DNA from: Octopus vulgaris
Lineage: Eukaryota
Reading direction: 5' to 3'
Assembly: GCA_951406725.2 (NCBI GenBank)
Contig: OX597825.1
Span: 79,360,001 to 79,424,000, forward strand
Length of the DNA: 64,000 nt
The notes below the pieces were generated by a model. It did not search any database and had not been told where the DNA came from. It saw only the letters and a list, made by a program, of their open reading frames with translations. Both the position numbers and the translations under genes were made by a program. Positions 41,565 through 54,570 of the stretch are shown here, in pieces (within the stretch, counting starts at the first letter, position 1; every line of letters begins with the position of its first letter).

Positions 41565-41770
41565 AAGGAGATGCTAAAAAGCTCCTAGCTTTAAGGGTAT
41601 CGTGAAAGACCTGGTTGGAGGCCCAGCCTTCTGAGTTCTTTTAGAACTGAAGGACTGCTGTGCTGTGAATCTGAGAGGGGGATATATTGGATTAAATCAT
41701 CATAATTGACTGATCCTCCTGTATTTTCTTTTACTCAGAGCCAGGAACTTTTCAACATTCCCCCCCTCGA
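41565..41770 (+). mobile_element. mariner-derived MITE
   Basis: Related to 19287-19444; AGCCAGGAACTTTTCAAC terminus. Confidence 0.65.
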
Positions 41771-41920
41771 ATATATGTGTGTGCATGAGTCTATATACAC
41801 ACACACATACATAAACAAAGGGATTATATAAATGACAAGGAAACAATTAACTAGCAACTGCTTTTGCTATAAGATGCTATGCACTCATAGTTGAGTGTTT
41901 GTGCTTCAAAAATGAAGTGC

Positions 41921-41972
<52 letters not shown>

Positions 41973-41980
<8 letters not shown>

Positions 41981-42123
41981 GAAATGATTTGAAAACCCCA
42001 CTAGAATGGGAAAGCGCTAATGATCTAAGTGATATGATATATATATATAAAATGTAATATACAAATAAATATCTGTAAATATAAACCATCCGATCTTCTG
42101 AGTACCTCATTTCTTCTAATATG
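41973..42123. repeat. TA-embedded element with short inverted ends
   Basis: ATATTAGAAGAAATGA ... TCATTTCTTCTAATAT. Confidence 0.6.
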
Positions 42124-42672
42124 TATGTATGTATGTATGTATGTATGCATGTATGCATGCATGCATGTAAAATCTAAAATCTGTTAAAGATATTACTAAA
42201 GATAACAACCAAATTGTCCTTAAATCACACCTCACCTATTTAAATAAAGGAAAGATGATTTATAAAGCAAGCTGGTCATGACTGGATTGCTTTAAAAAAA
42301 ATTGACTGTTCTCTCAAACTTTGACATTTACCTTCTAATTTACAGTAATGCCTTGGTTCTTGGTAGATTAATGAGATTTATAAGGAAACAGGGAAGAACC
42401 TTGAGAGCCAGAGTTTGTCTTATTGAATAACATCCTTCTTTGTTGTAGCATCCTTTTTCTTGGTATCATTGTGGATGTTATCAATAGGTCAACAAGGATA
42501 TTAGGTCAGCATGATTATTACGTGACAGCTTCAAGAAGGGTTTCTTGAATTCTACTTCCTGTGCCATAATTCTCTGGACGGATGTATCTGTTGTTTCCTG
42601 TAATACCATATTCTCTCTCGCTCTAACACACACACACACTAAAAACTTTATGGATATACATCCAGTTTTATA

Positions 42673-42743
<71 letters not shown>

Positions 42744-43392
42744 GTGTCTCATCATCATCATAATTTAATGTCTGTCTTCTATGCTGGCTGGAATTGGATG
42801 GTTTGATAAGAGCTGGCAAGCTGGGGAGCTGCATCAGCTTCTGTTTTTCTGCTTTGACATGGTTTCTATGGCTGGATGCCCTTCCTAATGTCTGCCCCAT
42901 TACAGAGTGTACTGGGTGATTTTTATGTGGCACCGACATCAGTGGGGTTCCCAAGTAGTTTACAAGATGAAGACCTCTCAGCTGGGAGAGGGAGTGGAAC
43001 CAAGGGAAGTGGCTGTGTGCCAGGTGAGAGGTTAGAATATAATGGAGAGATAGAGGTAGGTGACTTACTATAGAGGAGATACTTGGCTACCCCAGTAAGA
43101 AAAGAAAGAGGAAGGAGAGATGGAGCTAGAAACATAGAGAGATGGTGAGGGAGAGAGAGAGAGAGAGAGATAGAGAGCTGCATTGTGCTCCATGTTAGCT
43201 TTGTAAAGTGGTTGGCATTAGGATGAGCATCCAGCCATAGAAACATAAAAACCACACTAGAGTGTATTGGGGGCTTTTTTTGTACCACTGGCACTAATGG
43301 GGTTACCACCTAACTTGAAAGACAGGAAAGGATGAGAAGGAGAAATGGGACCAAGGGAAAGGCTCTCTTGTCAAAGTGGTAGTGGGGATGGC

Positions 43393-43530
43393 ATTATTTA
43401 CATTCGACATATTTGTCCTCATCATGTTTGTTGTTAACGCAACATTTCAGCCGATGTACCCTCCAGCCTTCTTCAGGTGTCTTGGGGGAATTTCGAACCT
43501 GGGTTCTCATTCCAATGGTATTTTTCAAGG

Positions 43531-43575
<45 letters not shown>

Positions 43576-43652
43576 TTACTGCCTAGAATCGAACTCAGAA
43601 TCTTGGGCTTAGTAGCCTGTGCTCTTAACCACTATGCTATATGTCCATGGGC
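43393..43652 (-). mobile_element. tRNA-headed SINE with internal (AAT)n and a hammerhead-containing tail
   Basis: Minus strand has A box TAGCATAGTGGTTAA and B box GAGTTCGATTC, then (AAT)n, then an HHR motif. Confidence 0.7.
43436..43481 (-). ncRNA. Minimal hammerhead motif (slightly decayed)
   Basis: Minus strand reads GACAC-CUGAAGA-A-GGCUG-gaggguacau-CGGCU-GAAA-UG-UU-GCGUU. Confidence 0.6.
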
Positions 43653-44476
43653 TTTTGTTTTCCTGTTCAAAAATCAAAGTATATCCAAAGTTAAAACTAA
43701 AAGATTGAGCACCTAAAGCAGGGATTGGCAAGCTTCTTACATCACTGATCCTTTCATGGAATCATTAATGATTTATTGACTTACATCATGTAAATTTCGT
43801 CATCATCATCATCATCATCAGTCTGTTTTCCATACTGGAATGGGTTGGATGCTTTGGCAGGAGACTGCACCAGGCTCCACTGTCTGTTTTGGCATGGTTT
43901 TTACAGCTGGATGCCCTTCCTAACATCAGGTGCTTTATGGAGAGAACAAATTTTCTAAATTTCAAAATTAAAATTAAAAAGTATATTTAATGAAATATTT
44001 ATTGATTTAAAAACTGTAATTCTATTCTTTTGTGTCATTATTGCTTTTTAATAAGAGATATTTAAAGAAATCTAATGAAAATACTTAACAATTTTATAAA
44101 GAACAATAAAGATTCAGTTGTATTCTATTGATATTAGAATATTTAATGTGAAATGTGTGTTTAGTGGATAGTAGTTGCTTCATTGATATTTGGCTGGAAA
44201 TTAGTGAGTTTTAGCCTTCACTCTTCCAGATTCAGTCTAGTAATAAATCAGCCCACTTAATGTTCAAAATTGAGGTGTTAAGTAATTCCTTGGATAACCA
44301 CCCACACCCCCAGAAGGCAATATTGACCACTTTGCCTGATCCATGACATAGAGTAACTTATCAAATGACCATTTTAAAACAAATAACCTTGATTAGATAT
44401 ACACAACCTTTCCTTTTTGAGATTAATGTATTTTTTGAATAAAAAGTTGAATGTAACTTGAATGATTGCATTGAAT

Positions 44477-45006
44477 CAGGGGTCACCAAACTTCATTCAC
44501 AGTGGGTCAGGTAACAGAGAATGACAAGCGTGGGCCACATAACCATTTTGCTCAATTCAATACAGTGAATACACAAAAAATAAAGACAACCAACATATTT
44601 ATTTACCAAAAAGTTATCAAAGAAGGTGACATTAGCAATAAGATAGTTTTATCACACCCGGTGCACACATATCTGGATCTTACAAACTAAACAGCAAAAA
44701 AGGTTGGTGAGATTTGTGAAATTGGTGTTTAGCTTTTTAAGATATCATCAATATTTGCTTTGGAATTGCTGCATCCAACCAAGAGAATTGCTTTCAAATG
44801 TTCATCAATCAACCTCGTTCGATATTCTAGCTTCACATTCTTCATTTTTGAAAATGTTGGCTCACAGACACAGGATGTTCCAAAAACTGATGCCGCAGCA
44901 GAGGCAAATGCAAGTACTTACACAAAATGTACAGAGCGACAGTGGGCCGGATTAACTGATGTCACGGACCGGATCCAGCCCATGGGCTGTAGTTTGGTGA
45001 TTCCTG
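44477..45006. mobile_element. hAT (Charlie-like) non-autonomous element
   Basis: TIRs CAGGGGTCACCAAACT / AGTTTGGTGATTCCTG and 8-bp TSD CATTGAAT/CATTAAAT. Confidence 0.85.
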
Positions 45007-45601
45007 CATTAAATGAAATAAATGTTATATTGCAAAGGATTGAAAAGTTTTTCCATTACAAAACCTATTAAGGAAACATCTACCAACTAGGCGCTAAGTC
45101 AAAAGTCAGAATCTGAAATTTGCTAACATTTTGTTTTTAGAAATTTAACTGTTTCTACCAGATCCACCTTTACAGAAGCCCTTAAAATCTCTTTAACCAT
45201 TTCCCTCTCTACTACACACTCACTCCACTGAGGGAACCCTTTAGTTTTGTGGGTTACAGGTGACCTCACTAGTGCTGGTGCCTCAAAGAAAAAAATTTTT
45301 TTTCTGTAAAGGAGTTGGAGTTAAGTTGGGCATTGAATCATTGAAAGTTTGTCAGAAATGAGATACTGGGGCAAGACAGGCTCCTCTGACTTGCTGGATC
45401 CTGTCATACTGCCAACACGGAAAATGGATCTGAAATGGTGTTGCACATCTCTTTCTCTCTCACACACACATACACACACAGGTACGTGCACACATATATA
45501 CATACACATACATATGCATACACACACATATACGTTCACACACACAGGTACGCACACACATGTATGTGCACAGGTACGCACACATGTATGCACATACACA
45601 C

Positions 45602-45653
<52 letters not shown>

Positions 45654-46600
45654 GAATAAGCAGAAGTGCTGACAGTTAAATATACATGTAGTAGTAGTAG
45701 TAGTAGTAGGTGGAGGTGGTCTTTAGTAAAATTTCAATTCCAGATGTCTTTCAAAAAATTATCAATAGTTTTATAAAATGGCAGGAAGTAAGGTGTGTGT
45801 GTGTACCTGTATTTCTATTTGTGTATTTGTTTTTTCAGTATATGCACTTTTGTTTCTATATATATACATTTGTGTAATTGTGAATGTATGTTTTTTATAT
45901 ACGTGTTAAGTGTTTTGTGAATGTATATAAATTTTGTACATTTCTGTGTGTTTTTCTATTTTTGTGTTTGTTCGTTTTTACGTCTGTTTTTCCATGTCAG
46001 CATGAGTTAGATCAGCATGTTTTTCCATGTCAGCATGGGTTCTCAAACGTTTTGGGCCCCCACCCCCATCATGGGCACATAATACCCTCAGCACCCCCAC
46101 CCATTATTTTATGTATAAATAAATATTTTCCTAATTTATATATACTATGAATCATTTGATATTTAATATATTATATAATTTGTATACAATACTATAATAA
46201 TATTATAAATTCATAGCGTCCCCCAATTCACTGCTTTTCTCCCTATGACACCACCCCCTTAGACACCAGCGCCCACTGGGTCCCTCTCAACGCCCACTGG
46301 GGGGCTGTAGCACTCACCTTGAGAACCTGTGGGTTACATGAATACATATTACAAAAGCATTGTTTTACAACTAGATGCCCTTACTCTCATTAACCCTTAC
46401 TTATTTCTCAAGTAAAGGATTTTTCATTCTACTCATCTTCAGAAATGCAGAGCATTCATTAACAGGGAATGTCAACAAACCTCACTGTTCTTAGCTCAGC
46501 ACTTTTTATTTGTGAATATTTATTAGTGTGTAGCTGTTTGCATGTAGATGTATCTGTGTGTTTGATTGTGTATGTGTAATACTTGTGTGTGTATATATAT

Positions 46601-47003
46601 AGGCGGAGACGTGGCTGTGTGGTAAGTAGCTTGCTTACCAACCACGTGCTTCTGGGTTCAGTCCCACTGTGTGGCACTTTGGGCAAGTGTCTTCTACTAT
46701 AGCCTTGGGCCGACCAACGCCTTGTGAGTGGATTTGGTAGACGGAAATTGAAAGAAGCCTGTCGTATATATATATATGTGTGTGTATGTGTATATGTGTG
46801 TCTGTGTTTGTCCCCCACACCATCACTTGACAACCGATGCTGGTGTGTTTACGTCTCCGTAACTTAGCAGTTTGGCAAAGAGACTGATAGAATAAGTACT
46901 AGGCTTACAAAGAATAAGTTCTGGGGTTAATTTGTTCGACTAAAGGTCGTGCTCCAGCATGGCCACAGTCAAATGACTGAAACAAATAAAAGAAAAAAGA
47001 AAA
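46601..47003 (+). mobile_element. SINE family C, full length
   Basis: Head GGCGGAGACGTGGCTGTGTGGTAAG...GGGTTCAGTCCC, CORE-like TTGGGCAAGTGTCTT, A-rich tail. Confidence 0.85.
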
Positions 47004-47058
<55 letters not shown>

Positions 47059-47065
47059 ATATATA

Positions 47066-47327
47066 TATCTATACAATATGTTACATTACTGTAGTCAAGA
47101 TAAAATGAGTATCAGATGCCGAAGTGGAAATCCACAACACCATCTCTTCGGTTATCTGGCTATTATCTGGAAATAGCCAGATAACCGAAGAGATGGTGTT
47201 GTGGATTTCCATATATAGAGTTTTATATGACTAGTAATGTAACATATTGTATAGATAAATTTCCTCTATTTACATAATATTGAGGTCTCTTTCTTTCGTT
47301 CTTACCGTTTATCAATATATATATTAT
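47066..47327. repeat. Nested fold-back element in (TA)n
   Basis: Perfect 40-bp arms at 47125-47164 / 47172-47211, outer arms at 47066-47090 / 47233-47257, and a right-hand tail. Confidence 0.85.
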
Positions 47328-47332
47328 ATATA

Positions 47333-47382
<50 letters not shown>

Positions 47383-48926
47383 TGTTTCTCCAAGCTTCTG
47401 GTCAGCACAGTTTGAGTAAAGGTGTGTTTTTTTTTCAGACTCAGTGTACCGAGGAGTACATTACCCAATGTGTCCTCCCTTTTGAAATATGATTTGAGGG
47501 AGACTTGGCTGTTATTTCCAGCAGGTCAAGTAACCACGTAGTGGACTCCCTTGTTGGCGCAATCAAATTCTTGACTTGTGTACTGCTTGATCAATATTTG
47601 CCTGGGTTGTTGTATTTCATTGCTGGAAATGTTATGCCATCAATTATTGCCTTGCCCACTCAAAATATCTAAATTTAGATTTGTTTATAGATTATTTTTA
47701 TTATGAAGGCAGCATAGGTTACAAGCTGGCAGAAACTTTAGCATGTCAAACAAAATACTTAGCAGTATTTCTTCTTGTTCTACGTTCTGAGTTCAAATTC
47801 TGCTGAGGTCGGCTTTGCCATTCATCCTTTTGGAGTCATTAAAATAAGTACCAGTTACACACTGGGGTTGATGAAACCAAATCTCCCCTGCCTCAAAACT
47901 TCAGGCCTTTGTGCTTGTAATAAAAAAAAAAAAGGAATATTGTTATTGTTTCGTCAGTGAGCTGGTAGAATCATTAGATTACTGGACAAAATGTTTAGCA
48001 GCATTTTTTCAGGTTTTGCATTCTAAGTTCAGATTCTACAGAGATCATCTTCAGCTTAAATCCTTCTGGGGTCAATAAAATAAATATCTAGCACCATCTG
48101 AATGTGGTCGATGCCAGCCCCCTTGCTCCGACCGGCTCCTGTGCCAATGGCGGGTAAAAAGCACCATCTGAATGTGGCTGGTGCCAGTGCCACCTGACTG
48201 GCTCCCATGCCAGTGGCATGTAAAAAACATTAACTACATTCTCAGAATGGTTGGCATTAGGAAGGGCATCCAGCTGTAGAAACATTGCCAGATCAGATTG
48301 ATTGGAGCCTGGTGTGGCTTCCTGGCTTGCCAGTCCCCAGTCAAACCATCCAACCCATGCCAGCATGGAAAATGGACATTAAATGATGATGATGATGACT
48401 TGTATCAGTGTACTCAGCTCACTCCCTCATCTCAAAATTGCTGGCCTTGTGCCAAAATGTGAAACTATTATTCTTATTATTATAGATGGCAGAACCTGTA
48501 GATTGCTAGACAAAATATTTTGTAGTATTAAGTTACATCATCATCATTTAATGTCTCTTTTTCGTGCTGGCATGGGTTGGACAGTTTGACAGGATCTGAT
48601 GAGCTGGAGAGCTGTGTCAGGCCCCAGTGTCAACTTTGGCACAGTTGCTATGTCTTGATACCCTTTGTAACACCAATTGTTTTATGTTGCAAATCCTAAT
48701 CTCGTTGGGTTTGATGTTACCATTCATCTTTCTGGAGTTTGATAAAACAAAGTATCAGTGAAGTTTGAATGCAGGCTGGGCTGTGTGGTGAAGGATTTCA
48801 TTTTGCAGACACATGGTTCTGGGTTTGGGCCTGTTGTGTGCTACCTTTGGCAAGTGTCTTCTATCATGACCTTGGACTGACCGGCAGGCTGTCAGTGTTA
48901 TATGGTTGGCAGAAACTGTACAAAAG

Positions 48927-49159
48927 AAGGTGGTGAGCTGGCAGAAACATTAGCACGCCAGGCAAAATGCTTATTGTTGTTTCATCTGTCTTTACGTTCT
49001 GAGTTCAAATTCCACCAAGGTCAACTTTGCCTTTCATCTTTTCAGGGTCGATAAATTAAGTTCCAGTTACGCACTGGGGTCGATGTAATCAACTTAATCC
49101 GTTTGTCTGTCCTTGTTTGTCCCCTCTATGTTTAGCCCCTTGTGGGCAATAAAGAAATA
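48927..49159 (+). mobile_element. SINE family B nested in family C
   Basis: 16-bp TSD AGAAACTGTACAAAAG at 48911-48926 and 49160-49175. Confidence 0.9.
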
Positions 49160-50237
49160 AGAAACTGTACAAAAGCCCATGGAATATGCGTTTGTGTATT
49201 TTTCTCTGCTATATATTAGTGACGATGTAAACATTGCTGTGAAGAGTGGAGGAAAAAAAAACAAAAAGAAACTCCCCAAAATATGGTGCTTTATGAATGA
49301 AACCCTTTGCTATATTTGTTCCGCACCAGGTTAAAGATACTCCCTTGTCATTCTCACTATGAGAAATGTTATGAACAGGTCATTGTCCCATTAGAAAGCT
49401 ATGTGATCAATGATGTTGTTGTGATATAAATAAAATATATGCTTGGTGTTGATTTCGTTGACCTCTTCCCTAACCTTGAAAAAAAAAAAAAAAAAAAGAG
49501 AGAAAACAAAGATAAAGACAAAATATGTGTCAATGTTTTAGATATTTTGGCAAAATGCCAAACAGTATGTTTTATGGTGTTTTGAGTTCAAGTGCTGTCA
49601 GTGTCAACTGTCCTTTCCATTCTTCCAGTGTCCTTCTAAGGTCAAGAAAATAATCAAATACTGATGTCAATGTAATTCTCCATTCTCTCTGTTTAAATTC
49701 TTGGTCTTGTTCCAATGTGAGAAAATATTTTGGTTGGTAAGGAGTGGAGTTTTGGATGGAATAAGTTATGGTGTTTGCTCAAACCTTTTGGATACCACAC
49801 ATTTCACTCGAAACACACTGCCTTTATTTCAGTTAATTTTGAAAATAATTAAGAATTTAATTAAAATATGTTTGTTGTTATTTAAGTTAGTGCTTAAAAT
49901 ATGAATTAACATGGAATTTTGATGGAAGATTTTAAGATCACTTCAAAACTGGGAATTTGCATCATTAAGAATTGGAAGCTGTCTGAGGCAGTTTGGCATC
50001 AAAAGGGTTAAGAGTGGAGTGGTGGTGGTGGCGGTGGTGGCTTTTTCTTTGTTTTGCAAGTTTCACAGCATCCTCACTAATACTGGTTAAAAAAGGCATC
50101 TAGCACACTTTGTAAAGTGTGTGACATTAAGACGGGCCTTCAGCCATAGAAACCATGCCAAAGCAGACATTAGAACCTGGTTCAGTCCTCTGGCTTGTTG
50201 GATCCTATTAAACCACCCAGCCCATGCCTGCATGAAA

Positions 50238-51447
50238 TATGAATGCTAAATGATGGTGTCCACGCCTGTCCTCTTATCCCCAGGAAATAATCTTCTCCTT
50301 TTCCTGAACGGCTCTTGTCAACTTTGGAAAATTATTGATTCTTGAGATTATCTCCCCTTCTTATATGGAACTGGTCTCAATTGCCATTTGGTAGTTATGG
50401 AGACATCCTCCATGGGTACTGATGATTTTAATAAATCAAGAATTTTATGTTGTACTGTATTTGGTATACCTGTATTTTTCTGTTGCTCTGAGTTATTTCC
50501 CTTTGCTCATCTTTTTTGTTTAAATTATATATATGCAGCCACCATTTGCCCACGCTACTAGTCCCTTCTGCCTTGTTCATTTTTATCCATCTCATACCTT
50601 GAGGGTCCACTCATGTGCTTTATCACCATTATTTTCATCTCTTTCCCACTCCCCCGGATCACTCCCACCCTCTCTTCTAAAACGTGTGCAGTCAAGTATC
50701 CCCTCTACAGTATTCCTTCCTACACCCCACTCTCTCTTACTTTCACTCCTCATCTCCTAGAATAAAACTGCTTCTCTTAGGGTTCAAAGTCTTGCAAGCT
50801 GCATGGTAATTTCATTACTGCTGGCAGCAAATGAAAATCACCCTATGCACTCTGTGTACTCTATACACTCGCATTGATGTTGCAGTATGGGCAACATCAA
50901 TGTGATAAGAGAATTCCTCCCAGACGCGTATCAGCATATCACGATCCACTGAGTACTTCTTTGGCTGTCTGGTTGAATGCTTTATCAAAGTTTTTCCATG
51001 TCCCTTCTTTGTCAATATCTTCTGGAATCGCCTCAAGCAAAGCAAATTCATTCTTTAGTTCCATAATGAACTTGCTTTTGATATGCTGATATGCGCATCT
51101 GGGAGGAATTCCCTTATTGCATTGATGTTGCCCGTGTTGCAGTTGGTGGCAGGAAATATAATTTGATTGTGAGTAAATACTTGTGACTTAGCTGGAGTTT
51201 TCTATTGCTTTTCCTTATTAATGGAATCAGTTCATTCTTTTTGAATAACCCTGTATGAATGCTAAATGATGGTGTCCACGCCTGTCCTCTTATCCCCAGG
51301 AAATAATCTTCTCCTTTCCCTGAATGGCTTGTCAACTTTGGAAAATTATTGATTCTTGAGATTATCTCCCCTTCTTATATGGAACTGGTCTCAGTTGCCA
51401 TTTGGGAGTTATGGAGACATCCTCCAAGGGTAGTGATGGTTTTAATA
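50238..51447 (+). repeat. ~195-bp direct duplication (50238-50433 and 51254-51447)
   Basis: Near-identical blocks about 1016 bp apart. Confidence 0.9.
50860..51253 (-). mobile_element. Tc1-like transposon remnant
   Basis: TA-CAGGGTTATTCAAAAAG TIR. The translation SVDRDMLIRVWEEFSYHIDV resembles a Tc1-family transposase C-terminus. Confidence 0.65.
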
Positions 51448-51457
51448 TGTATGTATA

Positions 51458-51499
<42 letters not shown>

Positions 51500-52476
51500 C
51501 AGATCAGATCAGATTGGAGCCTGGCACAGCCATCTGGTTTGCCAGTCCTCAGTCAAATCGTCCAACCCATGCTAGCATGGAAAGTGGACGTTAAAGGGTG
51601 ATGAGGATGATGATGATGATGATATATATATATATATAAATGATGATGATGATATATAGTTCTTTCATTCATTTAGGGTCTGTTTCTCTATGCTAGTATG
51701 GCTTGGACAGGAATTGGTTTTGAGGCAAGATTTTACAGTTTGATGTTCTTCCTGTTTTCGACTCCATTTAAAACAATGAGTGGAAGCATGGTACCTACTC
51801 CCAGGTCGTAATCCCTTGTGAGGGGACAAACTCCCCCCACCCCTTTCCTTTTACTAATTTTCCCCAAGTTAATATTCCAGCTGACTTTTAATTATGTTAT
51901 TATGGTTCAGTTGTGCAGAACTATGAACATTTAAACAAAGAAACTGCTATTCCCCTTTTAAAATAACCTTCTTGGTCAAATCTAAGATCAAAGACACGTT
52001 TGCCTCGAGGGTGTCACTGCAGCGTGTTACCTACAGTAATTTGTCATTTCAACAACAATTGTTTAAATGTTAAACAGCGAATAAACACTAAACCTTCTTG
52101 AATTATAATTCTTAATGCCATCCTCATTTCTCATCTCTCACTGACATATTTTTGCACAAGAACATTTAATCTCGATTAATTTCCATAAAAAAAATTTAGA
52201 CAAACTTTTAGTGAAATGGGGAATGTCTGATGCAATGTAAAAATCATGTTTTGTGGCATACAAGTTGACATATTATATAGTGTAAACATTCAAATATCGT
52301 CACTATCTTTCCAAATCTGGTTTCATTTCATATGGAAGCTTTGGTCCTCCAAAGCCGTCAAGTTGTATAAGTTGACCTATATATATATTTTTTTTTTTTG
52401 GTTGTAAATTTTGTTTTGAATAATTTGATTTGTTTGCTGGAAAATATTGTTTATAAATTGGAAGATTAAATACTTA

Positions 52477-53306
52477 CAAGGTACGTTCTAGAAGTTTTGA
52501 GATTTTTCAGGAGAGACGTTTATTGATTTCAAAGAAGTACAAGACTCTGATCTCCTTCAAAATAGGATCCTCTGACTTCAGTGCACTTCCAGCCACTTTG
52601 TGAAAGTCCCATGGGAGTCTTCCAAAGTGAAGGTTTTTTGGGACCCTTGTCACAGCTTCCTTCATCTTTAAGAGCAGCCAAAAGTTACAGGAAGCGGGAA
52701 GCAAGGTCTGGTCTGTAGAGAGGATATGGGACAGTTCTGATGCCCATTTCTGTCATGTAGTTGGTTACCAGGATAAAATTGTGGGCTGGTGCAGGTACTT
52801 TAGCCTTTTGTGATGAAATCTCTTCCAGAATTCCCTCAAAACTTCCACAAAATACTCTTTGTTGATTGTTAAGTTTGAGAGAAACTGAGTGGATGTAGAT
52901 GATGCCCATGCTGTCAAAAAAGAGGGTCATCATGAGTTTCCTGGTGAACTTGCTTTGCCTGGCCTCTTGATTCAGTGAAGACCAGTTAATCCATAAGCAG
53001 GCTGAAGTATTCCATATGTTTCTGTAGCATTTTTTCTCAGTTTAACACAAAACTGTATTCCAAATTGAGCTTCCAAACTGTCTTCACGTTCTGGCTTCAT
53101 TCTGAAAATTAGCCAACTGTGACCAGCAGTGTTTATTAGGGTGTGTCCAATGTGCTCTTTACAGCTGTCTCCTCCATCTGGAATAACAAAAGTTGGCAGA
53201 TCAGCTTATTGGATATATAGTAGTGGTATACTAAAGTTACAATAATCTAGGGCTGTTATAACTGTCTTTCCTAAAAGAGTCTCAAAAACCTCTGAAATGC
53301 ACCTTG
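52477..53306 (-). mobile_element. mariner remnant with both TIRs
   Basis: TA-CAAGGTACGTTCTAGAAGTTTTGAGA ... TCTCAAAAACCTCTGAAATGCACCTTG-TA. Translation includes KLMMTLFFDSMGIIYIH and YPLYRPDLAS (YSPDLAP-like). Confidence 0.85.
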
Positions 53307-54144
53307 TAAACCTCGTTTCACCCTTTTACTTGTCATATCTTGTAACCTGGATTTCAACAGTAAATTGGTTTGTTACTCTTACAAAAACACTCTTCTAAAC
53401 TATTCTGTTGATTTCACATTTTCTACACTATTTATAAACACAGCATAGTCATAAAAAACAAATAGCATTTCTATTATAAACAATGATTATGTTAATATGT
53501 TGCTGTTAAGTTCCAGGTTAGACCTGAATGAACAAACCTATGATCAAACGTATTCCAGCTGTGACCATCCCATTTTTTTCTTGACTGCTTTATTCAAGGT
53601 GCCCTTGTGTCCTTTTCCTCCCTGCCCCATCCCCAAGACTGTAAGCTTGACAAGTTTATATAATATACAATATATATAATTATAATCTTCAACACATACT
53701 GTTTTAATATCTACAATTCACCATTGATCACAAGCAGATTTCTCTTTTAAAATAACTTAATAACTATGTGTGAGCATGAGTATTTCCTGGGTAGGTTGGT
53801 ATGTAGAATGGTTAAAAGCAAATTAGTATATAGTATATATATATGGGCAGTAAGTTGATAAGGTACCAGATGGCCGGCCTAGAAGTAAGGAGCTCTGTTG
53901 GGTCATTGGGCAAATGACTCTGTCTGTCAGATAGACAATACACAGAAGAGTCACAACGTTCCACGCTAAACATTAATGCTGTAAAATTGAGAGAGGCCCC
54001 TATGTGGTTACTTGAACTGTTATATATAACAGCTAAATCTCCTCAAATCCATTCTTTACTTCTATTTTAACCCTTTAGCATTACGGTTTCTTTGTCCAAT
54101 GTAATACTTATTTATTCACGTTATTTTGAATTAATCATGCATTA

Positions 54145-54570
54145 ATGGTCTCAGTCCTATGTCATTGCCTCCGTGAGGCCCAACACTGGATAGGTGCTTT
54201 TTATTTGGGCTACCAGCACAGGTGCCAGTTACGCGACACTGGCATTGGCAGGTGCTTTTTATGTGCCACTAACATGGGTGCCAGATTCCTCCATGAGGCC
54301 CAACGCTTGAAAGGTGCTTTTTTCATGCCAGGTACATGACACCAGCATCGACCACATTGTCTCTGTGAGGCTCAACGCTTGAAAGGTGCTTTTCATGTGC
54401 CACTGGCATGGGTGCCAATTATGTGACACTGTGACACTGGCATCAGCCACAACTACAACTTCACTTAGCTCTTCTCGAGCACAGCATATTGCCAAAGGTC
54501 TCGGTCATTAGTCATTGCCTCCATGAGGCGCCCAACGTTTGAAGATCATGCTTCACCACCTCGTCCCATG
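54145..54570 (-). mobile_element. RTE LINE ORF end and 3' UTR with tandem subrepeats
   Basis: Minus strand reads WDEVVKHDLQTL..EAMTNDRDLWQYAVLEK. Shares CATTGCCTCCGTGAGGCCCAAC with ~2340 and GGTGCTTTTTATGTGCCAC with family A. Confidence 0.7.

Noticed and set aside
43571-43652. tRNA gene (also 61044-61120 and the family B heads)
   Set aside because: A/B boxes are present but there is no complete cloverleaf, and each continues into a repeat body. These are SINE heads.
44704-45071. Overlapping 83-aa and 103-aa ORFs
   Set aside because: They lie inside a non-autonomous hAT element, with no transposase motifs recognisable.
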